Below, piece after piece: positions 28,061-41,894 of a DNA stretch of 64,000 nucleotides. The stretch comes from Malacoraja senta (lineage: Eukaryota), in contig CM075996.1 in assembly GCA_038087875.1 (NCBI GenBank), forward strand, positions 3,722,001-3,786,000, in the 5' to 3' direction. The notes under the pieces are model-generated. The model saw nothing but the letters and a program-made list of their open reading frames with translations, was not told where the DNA came from and made no database searches. Both the position numbers and the translations under genes were made by a program. Within the stretch, counting starts at the first letter, position 1; each line of letters opens with the position of its first letter.

Positions 28061-28305
28061 TGGGGTGGGGTGGGGTGGGGTGAGGTGGGGTGGGGGGGTG
28101 GGGTGAGGTGGGGTAGGGTGGGGAGGGGTGGGGTGGGTGGGGTGGGGAGGCGTGGGGTGGGGTGGGGTGGGGTGAGGAGGGGTGGGGTAGGGTGGGGTCG
28201 GGAGGGGTGGGGTGGGGTGGGGTGGGGTGGGGTGGGGTGAGATGGGGTGGGTAGGGCTGGGAAGGGGTGGGATGGAGTGGAGTTGGGTGGGGTGGGGTGG
28301 AGAGG
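28061..28305 (+). repeat. (GGGGT)n G-rich simple repeat
   Basis: Dozens of GGG/GGGG runs with 1-2 nt spacers. Confidence 0.95.
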
Positions 28306-29284
28306 TGGTAGAGAGTGCGGATGAAAGGTTAGAGATTAATTTCAGAGATTTCCTTGTCAAATGATCCTGGCATTTAATCTTTTTTTTTGCATCTTATAGA
28401 AGATCATATGGCTCTGAGTGTGGTGAAGATTATTTGTATGTTGTGATGGACAAGACACCACAATTGTGTGGAACAGAAAGAATATATTGGGAGTTCCTTT
28501 CCTCTCTGAAGTGGTTTTTGTAAAGTTCCTACAGCCAGGACATCCATCATCAGGGTAAATTGTTCCCCTGAGGTACAATACAGCCTCTGGATGTGTCCAG
28601 TGTTTAGTGACGTATGGCTGTAGATTGGGAATATCCATTGAATGTACATCTTTTAAAACTAATTAAAGTTCTGAATGACCATTTGGATTGCAAATTCCCA
28701 TGTTCAGTGTCAGTTGTAAATATGGTTAAGTATGTTGGCAAATGACATGACAAAATGACAATTATCCTTGCAGGAAGGTTTTGTATTTTCCCAGAAAGAA
28801 GCGGGCGTCTGGAAAAGGCCGTTGGTTGATACAGTGGATTCAAATCTCCAGGTGAGATCTGAACAAGTTTCTGGCTGAGACTGAGGTCACCTCTCTCCCT
28901 CTCCCCCTCTCCCCCTCACCTCTCTCAAGGGTAGGTTATCCAAGCAAATTAGTGCCAGACCGTGATGGGTCCCGTCATCAGGTAGTAGACGGGGAGGGTT
29001 TAGGGAGAAAATTCCCACGTTTCTCTTTGCCCGATTTCAGTTTTTCATCTGCTGATTGTCGGGTTTTGAGTGAGATAGAGAGCGTATATATTGAACTGCA
29101 CAAAGGGTTGCAGCAAAATGATCAGAGGGTCTTTCATGTGTATTAGTGAATCTATGTTGGCAAGATATACCTCATTATAGTTACTGAATATAGTATCTTT
29201 ACTACAATGCACCCCATGGCCTGTATGTTTATTTACCCACATGGTGTGTTTTTATGGTGCAACCCATAGCTATTTGCCAAGTTT

Positions 29285-29385
29285 TATATATATATAAAAC
29301 TTGTATATATATATATATAATACTGTATATGTATATAGACACATATAGATATGTATATAGACATATATATATATATATAAAACAG

Positions 29386-29437
<52 letters not shown>

Positions 29438-29452
29438 CTGTATATGTATATA
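29285..29452. repeat. (TA)n-rich microsatellite region
   Basis: Direct observation. Confidence 0.95.
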
Positions 29453-29597
29453 GATACAAAATACTGGAGTAACTCAGCGGGACAGTCAGCATCTCTGGAG
29501 AGAAGGAATGGGTGACATTTTGGGTTGAGACCCTTCTTCAGACGAGCCAAAACGTCACCTATTCTTCTCCAGAGATGCTGCTGGTCCTGCTGAGTTA

Positions 29598-29788
29598 AGG
29601 GCCTGTCCCACTTGGGCGTCATTTGTGCATCACGCAGGTGGCGCGCGAGGATTTTGAGAATCCCTAAATCCTGGGGCGCCGCACATCACTGCCTACGCGA
29701 CTACAGCTCACCATGCGCACGTAATGCATGCGTCGTGCGTCATGACACGTAAATGATGCGCAAGTGACGCCCAAGTGGGACAGGCCCT
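29598..29788. mobile_element. PIF/Harbinger-type MITE, family B (also 51107-51279, 61670-61821)
   Basis: TIR AGGGCCTGTCCCACTTGGGCGTCA; exact TTA TSD (29595-29597/29789-29791) splitting tgagtta|ctccagc of a pLTR. Confidence 0.9.
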
Positions 29789-31529
29789 TTACTCCAGCTT
29801 TTTGCCTCTATATCTTTGGTGTAAACCAGCATCTGCAGTTCCTTCCCCCACACACACACACATACGTACATACATATAATATATTGATATGATATATATG
29901 AATAATATTAGGTAGTATAAGGTATTAAATTATATATATAACACGGCATGCATGTTATAGGATTTAATATGTTTATTTACTTCAGAAGCTGTTGACACGG
30001 TGCACATTTCTGAATCACTACTTTTATTTCCTTTAGTAATTTATCGCTGTGATACTTACTAAGATTAAATATGACACTCTACTGAAATGATGTGTTGCCA
30101 TCATGTACTCTGTAACTTCATTTTGTTTATTTATTGGAGTAACGTGTAGCTATCGTGTAGTCTTTAACTGAGGATGGTTCCCATTGACTAAATATGGTTT
30201 AGGATTATAGTAACATGTCTCAATCTTGTATGTTTTAATCTGATGGTCCATAGACTTCCTTTTTTTGGAAAAGCCTGTGATATGAACGATTTCTAAACTC
30301 CCTCATGGATTGGATATTCTCACCTCACACTGGTGTCACAGAAAATTGCCAATCCTATCTCAGGGCGCAGCGGTAGAGTTGCTGCCTTACAGCGCCAGAG
30401 ACCCGGGTTCCATCCTGACTATGTGTGCTATCTGTACAGTGTTTGTATGTTCTCCGGAAACTCCGGTTTCCTCCCACACTCCAAACACGTACAGGTTTGT
30501 AGGTTAATTGGCTTTGGTAAAAATTGTAAAATGTCCCTGGTGCGTGTGTAGGATAGTGTTAAAGCCCTGTCCCACTGTACGAGTTCATTCAAGAGTTCTC
30601 TCCGAGTTTGCCCTGATTCGAACTCGGAGAATTATGGTAATAGCCACTCGTAGGTACTCGGGGCTCTCGTGGACATTTTTCAACATGTTGAAAAATCTTC
30701 ACGAGTCTTCCCGAGCTTACTGCGTTCCCCGAGTACCTTCCGTTAGCGTTACGAGCCGCTAAGAGACGTCCCCGAGCTCTGATGTACCCGCTACATGGTA
30801 AACATTGTGGGGGGATGATTTTGTGTGTAATGTGTAGTGTCTATGTTAGTCTATGTCCAAGATGGCGGTCGGAGGGGAGAGTGGACGCTGGCGCGCTTTA
30901 GCAGCCGCTGCTCTCTCTTCCATATTGTGTTTTTGATTTTTGTTTTTGGATTTAATTCTATCTTTAATTTGTGTACTGGTGATGTCTTTGCTATTTATTT
31001 CATTCCGCTTACATGTTTCTTGTTAACTTTGTAAGGTGTCCTTGAGACTTTTGAAAGGCGCCCATAAATAAAATTTATTATTATTATTATTATTACGTAC
31101 ATTCTACGTGCTTACCATGTGTTTGATTTTTTTTTTTTACTCGGGAGAGCTCTTGAATGAACTCATACAGTGGGACAGGGCTTATGGTGTACATGTAGTA
31201 GGATTGCTGGTTGGTGCGGACTCGGTGGGCCGAAGGGCCTGTTTCCGCACTGTATCTCTAAACTCAAAGAATCAATAAATGACACATATCAATGTGATAG
31301 TTATTTCTGCAGGCATGTTTCAGGTTTCTCAGAAAGCACTGGACAATTGGGTGTTGGGCTGCATTCACTGAATTATTGCAAGCGTACTGGAGTTGGAACT
31401 AAAGAACAATCACTTTGCACAACTGGGTAGATTTCACAATGGACAAGGGCAAACTGGACAACTGTCCTGACATTTATCATGATCAGTGGAGGGAAGCAGA
31501 AATGTGGGAGGCATCCCATATTTTCTAAG

Positions 31530-31995
31530 AAGTTCATAAGTTATAAGAGCAAAATTAAGCCAATCGATCCATCAAGTCTTCTCTGCCATTCAATCATGGC
31601 TGATCTATCTCTCCCTCTCAGCCCCATTCTCCTGCCTTCTCCCCATAACCCCCGACACCCATACTAATCAAGAATCTGTCAATCTCCGCCTTAAAATTAT
31701 CCAATGACTTATCTTCCACAGCCTTCTGTGGCAATGAAATCCACAGATTTACCACTCTCAGACTACAGAAATTCCTCCTCATCTCCTTCTTAAAGAAGCG
31801 TCCTTTAATTCTGAAGCTGTGACTTCTGGTCCTACTCTCCCACTGATAGAAACATCGTCTATCCAGGCCTTTCACCATTCGGTAAGTTTCAATGAGGTCC
31901 TCCCTCATCCTCATCCTTCTAAACTTCAGCGAGTACAGGCCCAGCGTCGTCAAACGCTCATCCTATGTTAACCCAATCATTCCTGGGATAATTCT
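31530..31995 (-). mobile_element. CR1 LINE 3' fragment (others at 11452-11743, 17617-17842, 19686-19862, 20125-20445, 24990-25220, 36505-36707, 38133-38338, 49190-49832, 52582-52870, 56903-57230)
   Basis: ORF 31618-31953 LGLYSLKFRRMR..DLIETY..RVVNLW.SLP and CR1 3' UTR. Confidence 0.85.
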
Positions 31996-32065
31996 CACCC
32001 CAAAATTATCTTGGTTCCCAGCTGTTTCCTACCTGGAGATCAAATGGTTTCCTGTTCCGGTTTAG

Positions 32066-32643
32066 GTCAGCGCCTCTACTTCCTGAGAAGATTACGGAGA
32101 GTCGGTTTGTCAAGGAGGACTCTCTCTGACTTCTACAGATGCACAGTGGAGAGCATGCTGACCGGTTGCATCATGGCTTGGTTCGGCAACTTGAGCGCCC
32201 TGGAGAGGAAAAGACTACAAAAAGTAGTAAACACTGCCCAGTCCATCATCGGCTCTGACCTCCCTTCCATCGAGGGGATCTATCACAGTCGCTGCCTCAA
32301 AAAGGCTGGCAGTATCATCAAGGACCCACACCATCCTGGCCACACACTCATCTCCCCACTGCCTTCAAGTAGAAGGTACAGGAGCCTGAAGACTGCAACG
32401 ACCAGGTTCAGGAATAGCTACTTCCCCACAGCCATCAGGCTATTAAACCTGGCTCGGACAAAACACTGAACCTTATTAGCCAATACTGTTATTTGCACTT
32501 TATCAGTATATTGATTCATGTGTGTATATATTTATAGAATGCCTTGTAGTCAATGCCTACTATGTTCTGTTGTGCTGAAGCAAAGCAAGAATTTCATTGT
32601 CCTATCAGGGACACATGACAATAAACTCACTTGACTTGACTTG
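32066..32643 (+). mobile_element. Rex1/Babar-type LINE 3' fragment
   Basis: QRLYFLRRLR...FYRCTVESMLTGCIMAWFG...IIKDPHHPGH...RFRNSYFPTAIRLLN; tail aataaa + (CTTGA)n. Confidence 0.88.
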
Positions 32644-35600
32644 AGGTCTATTATTGTCACGTGTACTGAGGTACAGTGAAAAGCTTTGTTTTGCGTGCTA
32701 TCCGATACAATCAGATAATACTATGCATAAATGCAATCGTCAAACTCAAGTACCGTAGGTAGGACAATTGAAAAGATACAGAGTGCAGAATATAGCTCTC
32801 AGAATTGCAGCACAGTGCCAGAGACCTGTGCGGAACAAATTACAGGGTTTTATGTTCATAAGACATAGGTGCAGAATTAGGCCACTTTAATAGAATAGTC
32901 TATATACTTTGTTGTAAACGTTTGTGAAATCATGGGGTCATGAATGAAGGAATGAATACTTTGTTGTAACATATGATGAGTCACAGTGAAATTATTTGTT
33001 TAGCCTACCCAAGGTATGCAAAGAGTCGCTACATAAAGGTCGTCAACAAAGTTACAAAATGTCCCACACCAGGTCCTCCTTTGTCCCCGTCCCCCCCCCC
33101 CCCCCCCCGCAGACGGGTCCCCCACAACGGGTTCTCCTTCAACTACCATTTAAGAGCAATTTATTGTAATTATCGATTGTTATGTATTTATCTGTGGATC
33201 ATTGCATTAGCAGGCCTGTTAGGTCGCAGCAAGTGAGAATTTAATTGTTCTGTTGCAAGTACATAGGACAATTAAAGACTCTTGAGGTTGTGCATTCTCA
33301 TGTGACACGTGATACAAATATTATCACTCATGGCGGTAGCGGCTTGTATCAAAATGCCAATCATCTTTGCAGAAGCGTTATATATCTTCTTCAAGAAGAG
33401 GCCTTTGGTTTATGCGATGGATGCAATCCGCACTCAATATCACTGAATGGAGCAGAACTCATCCCTTACAAACAGTAAGTATATCAAAGAATTCAGATTG
33501 TTGCACTGGATTGGTTAGTATTCATATAGGTTCATTATTGTCACATGGACTGGGATACAGTGAACATCTTTGATCAGCTAGATGTGGGAGGGAGTGGGGC
33601 TGCAGGGACAGAGAGGAGTTATCCAGCTGGTTTCATCCCATATCTGGTTTGTGTTTCTTGTCTCTACTCAGTAGATGCCTGGTTTTGGGATAGGATAGAG
33701 ATTGTGCATACTGGTGCGGAATAGGTTATTGCCAATGTACAGAGCAGCCTGGATGGTCCAGAGGACTTTCCCCAGCATTGTGTGTTCAAATGCATGTTCA
33801 AATTTATGTTGGGGCAGCACGGTGTTGCAGCGGTGGAGTTCTGCCTTACAACACTTACAGCGCCACACACCTGGGTTCGATCCCAACTACGGGTGCTGTC
33901 TGTACGGAGTTTGTACGTTCTCCCCGTGACCCGCGTGGGTTTTCTTCGAGAACTTCGGTTTCCTCCCACATTTCAAGGACATACAGGTTTGTAGGTTAAT
34001 TGGCTTGGCATAAATGTAACTTGTCCCGAGGGTAGGATAGTGTTAGTGTGTGGGGATCGCTGGTCGGTGCGGACTCGGTGGGCCGAAGGGCCTGTTTCCG
34101 TGCTGTATCTCGACACGGGAGGGGTTACACTTGGTGGGTCAGAGGAGTATTGTTGAATTATTATTATTACGTGACCTCTGTTGCCAAATGGATAATGTGG
34201 CAAAGCTCTGGAACCAAGCGCTTTCAGCAACAGAGACCCGGGTTCGATCCCGACCACGGGTGCTGTCTGTACGGTGTTTGTACGTTCTCCCCGTGACCGC
34301 GTGGGGTTTTTTTCCGAGGTCTTCGGCTTCCTCCCACACTCCAAAGGCGTGCAGGTTTGCAGGTTAATTAGCCCTGTATTCTAAAAAAATGTAATTGTTC
34401 CTAGTATGTGTAGGGTAGTGTTGATATGCGGGGATCGCTGGTTGGCCTGGACTCTGTGGACTGACGGGCCCGTTTCTGCACTGTATCTCTAAACTAAATT
34501 AAACGAAATTAAACCGAAGATATTAACATCACAACAAGAGGTTTAAACGTCGCAATTTATTAATTCATCTCAGTCGCATTAACATACTGCCATTACAGGC
34601 TCAGTATGCTGTTTTCCTGTTCTATGTTGGCCCAACACTTAGCGTACGTTTGTTCTGAAGAAAGGTCCCAACCCGCAACGTCCTCCACCCCTTCTCTCCA
34701 GAGATGCTGCCTGTCCTGCTGAGTTACTCCAGCATTTTGTGCCTTATCTTCGGTTTAAACCAGCATCTGCAGTTCCTTCCGACATATTTCTTCTGATACA
34801 GTTTGCAACATTGCCATGCAGCACCCATTGACTTCAGCATGTTCCTTTCACTTCTGAAGTCTTGAAAGACAAGTCTTGCTCTCCAATGGATTTCGTAAGG
34901 AACCCAGAATAGCTTTTCCATTCCCAAAATGGCTAGCATTTGGAACAATTACAATGAAGAGTTGAGGTGAAAAGCGGGTATATAATTAAGGGCAAGCTAG
35001 GGCAATTAAGGTCAAGTTAAAGAAAGGGAGATCGAGGCAATTGAGGGATGTGGGATGGAAGAGCGGGCCACTTGATGTGCATGGGTGCCGCAAATATTGC
35101 GTTAATTTAATATACTATGTACCCAAGATGCATTCTGTAACCTCGGTATTCTTCCCATAGTAACTTCTCACTACATTGCCAAGCATGTTATAAAGCCAAT
35201 ATGTTTCTTCCTCGTAATAAGGTGTGTCAGCAAATCCAGTAGGTTCAGCATGGTCCCGACTCGAAACCTCGTCCGTCCCTTCCCTCCAGAGATGCTGCCT
35301 GTCCCACTGAGTTACTCCAGCTTTTTCTGTCCATCTTTGGTTTAAACCAGCATCTGCACTTCCATCCTACGCAGCTTCAGCCTATTTTCTTATTGGGATA
35401 ACGAGTGCCTTTTAGGCCTCTTCTTTCTTTAATATATGTTAATATGCTGCAAGAATTCACTTTATAGCCTCATTATGCTCAATTATTCAATTAATATGTT
35501 GATGTGATACAGTTTCTGGCTTCAATATATCTATTTGTAGTGGTATCGTGGACCTGTGATGCTTGCTCATTCCTTCTTATTGTAATAATGCATCCGATAA

Positions 35601-35867
35601 CACCAGTGTGATTATTTCTTTACCCTGGGCTGCCACATAACTCAGTATTACCTCAGTGTGATCCTGTGCATTTGTTGTATATTGCCACAATGTACCCAAT
35701 AACTTTGCAATGTCTTTTTTTCTACATTTTAGTTCAGTTCATTAGTTTGCTGTCAGATGTAGCGAGGTACAGTGAAAAGCTTTTTGTTGCGTGCTAACCA
35801 GTCAGCGGAAAGACAATACATGGATACAATCGAGCCGTTTACAGTGTATAGTTATGTGAGACGGGAA

Positions 35868-36372
35868 TAATAATAATAATAATAGATTTTATTTATATAG
35901 CGCTTTTCAGGACTCAAAGTCGCTTTACATTGAGAGTCAAGAATAAACAAAACAAAATAGAGCAGTAAGACAGAGATGCAAAGGGGAGGGGAACATGGGA
36001 CTAAGGGTATGCAGAGGTGAAGAGATGGGTCTTGAGGCGGGACTGGAAGATGGTGAGGGACTCAGAATTTCGGACCAGTTGTGGGAGGGAATTCCAGAGC
36101 CTGGGAGCTGCCCTGGAGAAGGCTCTGCCTCCAAAAGTGCAGAGGTTTGATTTCGGAGTGGAGAGGAGACCAGCTGATGTGGATCTGAGGGACCGTGAGG
36201 GTTGGTAGGGGGAGAGGAGGTCAGTGAGATAAGGGGGGGGGGGCAAGTTGTTGAGGGCTTTGTAGGTGAGGACCAGGATTTTGTAGGTGATCCGGTGGGA
36301 AATGGGAAGCCAGTGAAGTTCTTTGAGAACTGGGGTGATGTGGTGCCAGGATTTGGTGTGGGTAATGAGTCG
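35868..36372 (-). mobile_element. L2-clade LINE 3' fragment, near-identical to 24436-24934 in opposite orientation
   Basis: ORF 36001-36246 (-) gives the same peptide; (TAA)n tail at 35868-35884. Confidence 0.9.
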
Positions 36373-39300
36373 GGCGGCTGCATTTTGGGTGAATGGCTGA
36401 ATAGCATTTAGTGCAAGGTAAAGCCAATGAAGGATGGTCCGATTGTCGCCAAAGTGGTAGATAGTAGTTCAGGGTTGTGGTAGGATGATTCAGTTGCCTG
36501 ATAACAGAACTCTCTGCCACAGAAAGTAGTTGAGGCCAGTTCATTGGCTATATTTAAGAGGGAGTTAGATGTGGCCCTTGTGGCTAAAGGAATCAGGGGG
36601 TATGGAGAGAAGGCAGGTACAGGATACTGAGTTGGATGATCAGCTGTGATCATATTGAATGGCGGTGCAGGCTCGAAGGGCCGAATGTTTCTATGTTTCT
36701 ATGTTTCTAACAGCTGGGAAGAAACTGTCCCCGAATCTGGAGGTGTGGAGGCTATTTTACATTGTACCAAACATAATAATAATAATAATGGATTTTATTT
36801 ACGGGCGCCTTATACCGAGGTCTCAAGGACACCATACAGAGATTTATAGAAAACATATAATCAGAATTTAAAAAAAATAGGTTATAAAGACCAATACATA
36901 AATCAGGGACAGAATTCCTTCCAAAAACACAAAAAAAAGAAAATCAGAAGCACAACTTGAGGAGAGAGCAGCGGCAATTTAACGCCAGCGTCCACTCCCC
37001 CCTCCGACTGCCATCTTGAACACAGACTAACAAATACAATTACAAACAATTACATACAAAAATCATCCCCCCACAATGATTTCCACTGTGGGGGAAGGCA
37101 CAATGTCCAGTCCCCAGCCCCAGTTCACCCAAAAAAGTCAGGCCAAATGAGGCCTCCACTATTGCCTCTACGGAGGCCCGATGATCCTGGCCGTTCTCGC
37201 CGGGTGATGTAGCCCTGGCGTCGGGAGAGTCCTCCAGCAGCTGGGCCACCTGGAACGGCCGCATCCCTCACCGGAGGCCGTTCCGTACCGGAAACATAGT
37301 ACCACAATGCTCATTGTGACCTTGCTGTGTGTACTGATTAAAGAAGTGTGTTGCTCTTGTACGTGCATTGACCTAAGGCCCCAGTGAGTTTACTAATTGA
37401 AGTCACATTGACAGATCCACAGTCTATGTCTGTTCATTTAGGTGATGTGTTTCCCTGGAATGGTCTATAGATACGGTGTATTCTTCAACTGGAGTGATGT
37501 CTTGCTGAAAGATTTCCCAAACTGGTTTATTATGCACAGTGCAAACATGTTGCCATGACTAACCCAAGATTTATTTGTCCGAGTGAATGTATTTTGGGCT
37601 GCTGTGACCTTTTTCTCTCATTTTCAATGCCTTCTTGTGTCTTTATGGGCATGCATTCATTCTGCACACACACACACCATCCCTTTGAAGGTCCATTGTT
37701 CAACAGTTTTGCTGACAGGTTATGCTTCTAAATTACCTGCACCAAATCCCTTTACAAATCACTCTCCCAGTCACACAATTTGACATTTGATTGAACCTCG
37801 TTTCTTTCTGTAACTCTTCTAAACTTGATGTAGTAATCTCTATTCCCTAAATGCTGCCCAGTTCAAACAGACTCTCTTTCCCCCAGACCACCCCTTTCCT
37901 TCCTCATTGGCTGTTCTAGGAGCAAAATTAGGCCATTCGGCCCGTCAAGTCTACTCCACCACGCAATCATGGCTGACCTATCTTTCCCTCTCAACCCCAT
38001 TCTACTGCCCTCTCCCCATAACCCCTGGACACCCATACTAATCAAGAATGCTGAAGGCAAATTAGTTTGTTTTAGTTTAGAAAAACAGTGTGGAAACAGG
38101 CCCTTCAGCCCACAGAGTCCGTGCCGACCAACCAGAGAGTTGTGGAATTCTCTGCCACTGAAGGCAGTGGAGGCCAATTCACTGGATATTTTCAAGAGAG
38201 AATTAGATATAGCTCTTAGGGCTAACGGAATCAAGGGATATGGGGAGAAAGCAGGAACGGGGTACTGATTTAGGATGATCAGTCATGATCATATTGAATG
38301 GCTCGAAGGGCTGAATGACTATTTTCTATGTTTTCTATGACCTGCGATCCCCACACACTTACACCATCGTACACACACGAGGGACACTTTACAGTTATAC
38401 CAAGCCAATTAACCTACATACCTGTACGTCTGTGGAATGTGGGAGGAAACCGGAGATCACAGAGAGAATGCACCCGGGTCACGGGGAGAACGTACAAACT
38501 CCGCACAGACAAGCACCCTTAGTCAGGATCGAACCCGGGTCTCCGGCGCTGTGAGGCAGCAACTCTACCGCTGCGCCACCGTGCAACCAGCCAATGGTCC
38601 AGTAAGTGTGTAGGAATGAACTGCAGATGCTGGTTTAAACCGAAGATAGACACAAAAAGCTGGAGTAACTCAGCGGGACAGGCAGCATCTCTGGAGGGAA
38701 GGAATGGGTGACGTTTCAGGTCGAGTGCATGAGTCTGAAGAAGGGTCCCGACCCGAAACGTCATCCCATTCCTTCTCTCCAGAGATGCTGCCTGTCCCGC
38801 TGAGTTACTCCAGCTTTTTGTGTCTATCAAGGGTTTCAAGGGATATGGGCAGAAGGCAGGAGAATGGGGTTAGGATGGAAAGATAGATCAGCCATGATTG
38901 AATAGAGTAGACTCGATGGGCCGAATGACCTACTTCTGCTCCTATGAACCTTGGGGTCATCTCTAGCGACCTCTGTTGTTTAGGGGAGGCCGGCAGATTC
39001 AGCTGAAGACAAAATGGCCAAACGTGACCTGACACGGATTCAGGATGCTCTTAAATGTAATGCCATGGATCATGTAGAAAGGAATGATCAGCAGTGATGT
39101 TCAGCAGGCCTGGTGGCCTTGGAGAAGATGGCTAATTCTGTTCCCATCACTTAAAACCTTCTGAACATCCTTTTAGTGTCTATCAATGGTCCAGGAAGAT
39201 TCTATTCCTGAAGATTTTAGGAATTCCTCTCCCATTTATCCCTGACATGGTTACCATTGCAGGACGTATCCAATAAACAAAGGCTTCATTCTTGCACCTG

Positions 39301-40819
39301 CCTGTATTTTACTGTAATGTTCCCCCTTCATCTGTTCCTCACCATCAGATGGTTTGCAGAAGTGAAATCATCGCTCTATTTTTGCTTAATCTGATTTAGC
39401 AGAATCTGCCTTTAATCCTTCAACTCAGTCATTCCTATCCAGTACTGTACCAGCTTACTTGCTCAAAGCTCTCACTTCTCCACCAATCTATTTGTCTTCT
39501 GTACCTTTCCAACATATCTCGATCCCAAGAATATTATTCTTTGCTTCCCACCTGTGTCTGCTGCCAGCTGTCTGTCACTGCTGCCATATCATTGTCTCTT
39601 GTGACCACCTGTACCAGCAGTTCATCAACTTTAACAAACCGTCTATCATACCTTTGCACTCACAGACTCACAAATCAAACAGTTTAATTGCCTCTACTTC
39701 TCAAGTGCAGAAGCTATTTGTCTCTTCTATTTGTCTGTGCACCTCATTTCATCCTAGTGTCCGACACCCCCCCTCCCCCCCCCCCCCCACCTCCCACAAG
39801 CGGGATTTGAGTGGACTTCATTGTCACGGACGTCTGTGGAGGCCAAGACAATGGATTTTTTAAAAGCGGAGATTGACAGATTCTTGATTAGTGCGGGTGT
39901 CTGTGGTTGTGGGGAGAAGGCAGGAGAATGGGGTTGAGAGGGAGAGATAGATCAGCCATGATTGAATGGCGGAGTAGACTTAGAGTGATACAGTGTGGAA
40001 ACAGGCCCTTCGGCCCAACTTGCCCACACCGGCCAACATGTCCCATCTACACTAGTCCCACCTGCCTGCGTTTGGTCCACATCCCCCCAAACCTGTCCTA
40101 TCCATGTACTTGATGGACCGAATGGCCTAATTCTGCTCCAGGAACTTATGAACATATGAAGCAAATCTGTTTAATATTCAGCTTTGTCAAATTTTAACCT
40201 GTTCACCTTGAATCAGCTCCAGTCTGCTCCAGGATCAGTCCCAGTGATCCAGGGATATAAAGTCCTCCCCCACTACCATCTCTGCATCGGGATATTTGTC
40301 TGTTTTATCCCACTGCTCTATCCAGTATGTTAATCTGTGTGATCCTGCTATTTGTCCAGCTGTGTGATAATCTGCCTTATTTTACTGTTTAATTCAGCCG
40401 TGTATTAATCAACTTTTATCCCATTGTTTCACCCATTCCTCTTGTTCTACTCTTTCACCCCGCTATGTGTTAATCTGCTTTTATCCCACTGCTTCGTTCA
40501 TCCTGCTGTTTTATCCAGCTGTGCCTTAATGCTTTAGCTGACTGTTTTAACCAGATGTGCAACAATCCCTCTTATCCCACTGTTCTATCCAGCTGTGCGT
40601 TAACCCGTTTTATCCTAGTTTCAGATACTCACAAAATGCTGGGGTAACTCAGCGGGACAGGCGGCATCTCTGGAGGGAAGGAATGGGTGACGTTTCAGGT
40701 CGAGACCCTTCTTCAGACTGAGGCATCTGCCTCTCTTGTTCCATGTTTCCAAGATGAGAACTAATCCGTTTTATCCCACTGTTGTGCATTAATGTGCTTT
40801 ATCCTGGCGTTCCTTAACT

Positions 40820-41085
40820 CTACAAGATGTTATCAGGCAACTGAATCATCCTATCTCAACCAGAGAGCAGTGCTGAACTACTATCTGCCTCTTTGGTGAC
40901 CCTCGGACTATCCTTGATCGGACTTTGCTGGCTTTACCTTGCATTAAACGTTATTCCCTTATCACGTATCTATACACTGTAAATAGCTCGATTATAATCA
41001 TGTATTGTCTTTCTGCTGACTGGATAGCACGCAACAAAAGCTTTTGACTGTACCTCGGTACACGTGACATTAAACTGAACTGAAT
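40820..41085 (+). mobile_element. Abundant short repeat with Rex-like 3' tail (copies near 21215-21450, 35730-35868, 43280-43650, 52115-52200, 55850-56075, 62490-62615)
   Basis: Recurrent ...gactggttagcacgcaacaaaagcttttcactgtacctcggtacacgtgacaataaact. Confidence 0.7.
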
Positions 41086-41894
41086 GACTACTGCCTTTGA
41101 GGCACTGCATTTAACCCGTTTTAGCCCACTACAACCTTCTTCACACCTGTTTATTGACTCTGAATGTGGCTACATCTTTTGAGCCCCTTCTCCCCACAAA
41201 ATGCTCTTCATTCTTTCATTGATGTTATTTTCCCTTGTCCGGTAGAGGGAGTGTTTCACGTTTGGGCCGATAGGGAGAATTGTTGGCGATCCCAGCTGTG
41301 GCAGTCAATGCATCCTATTGCCTCAGTGTGTTGCTGCGAAATATTGCCTCATCGGATAACATCATTCCTGCGGATTTTCTTGCAAAGATAAACACTGCTA
41401 GTTTCAGGCCCATATCCTTCCGAACCTGTTTTATCCATGTACCCATCCAAATGGGTCTTAAATGTTGCGATAGTCCCAGCCGCAACTACCTCCTCCGGCA
41501 ACTGTTCCATGCACCTAACCACCCTCTGTGTGAAAAAGCTACCCCTCAGGTTCCTATTAAACCTTTTCCCCTCACCTTAAACCTATATCCTCTGATTCCC
41601 CTACTCTGGGCAACAGACTCTATTCCTCTCATGATTTTGTTCATTACATTTTGTTCAATTTACTTTCCCAACCACTTCCTTCAGGTTAACATTGTTACTC
41701 TGCCTTACTGCCTTTGAGGCACCACATTTAACCCCTTTTAGTACATGGGTTTAGTACTCAGTCTGAAGAAGGGTCTCGACCTGAAACATCACCCATTCCT
41801 TCTATCCAGAAATGCTGCCTATCCCGCTGAGTTACTCCAGCATTTTGCGTCTATCTTCAGTGTAAACCAGCATCTGCAGTTCCTTCCTGCTCTA

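Noticed and set aside
28052..28360. Pro/His-rich (PPHPT)n protein
   Set aside because: Translation of the (GGGGT)n repeat.
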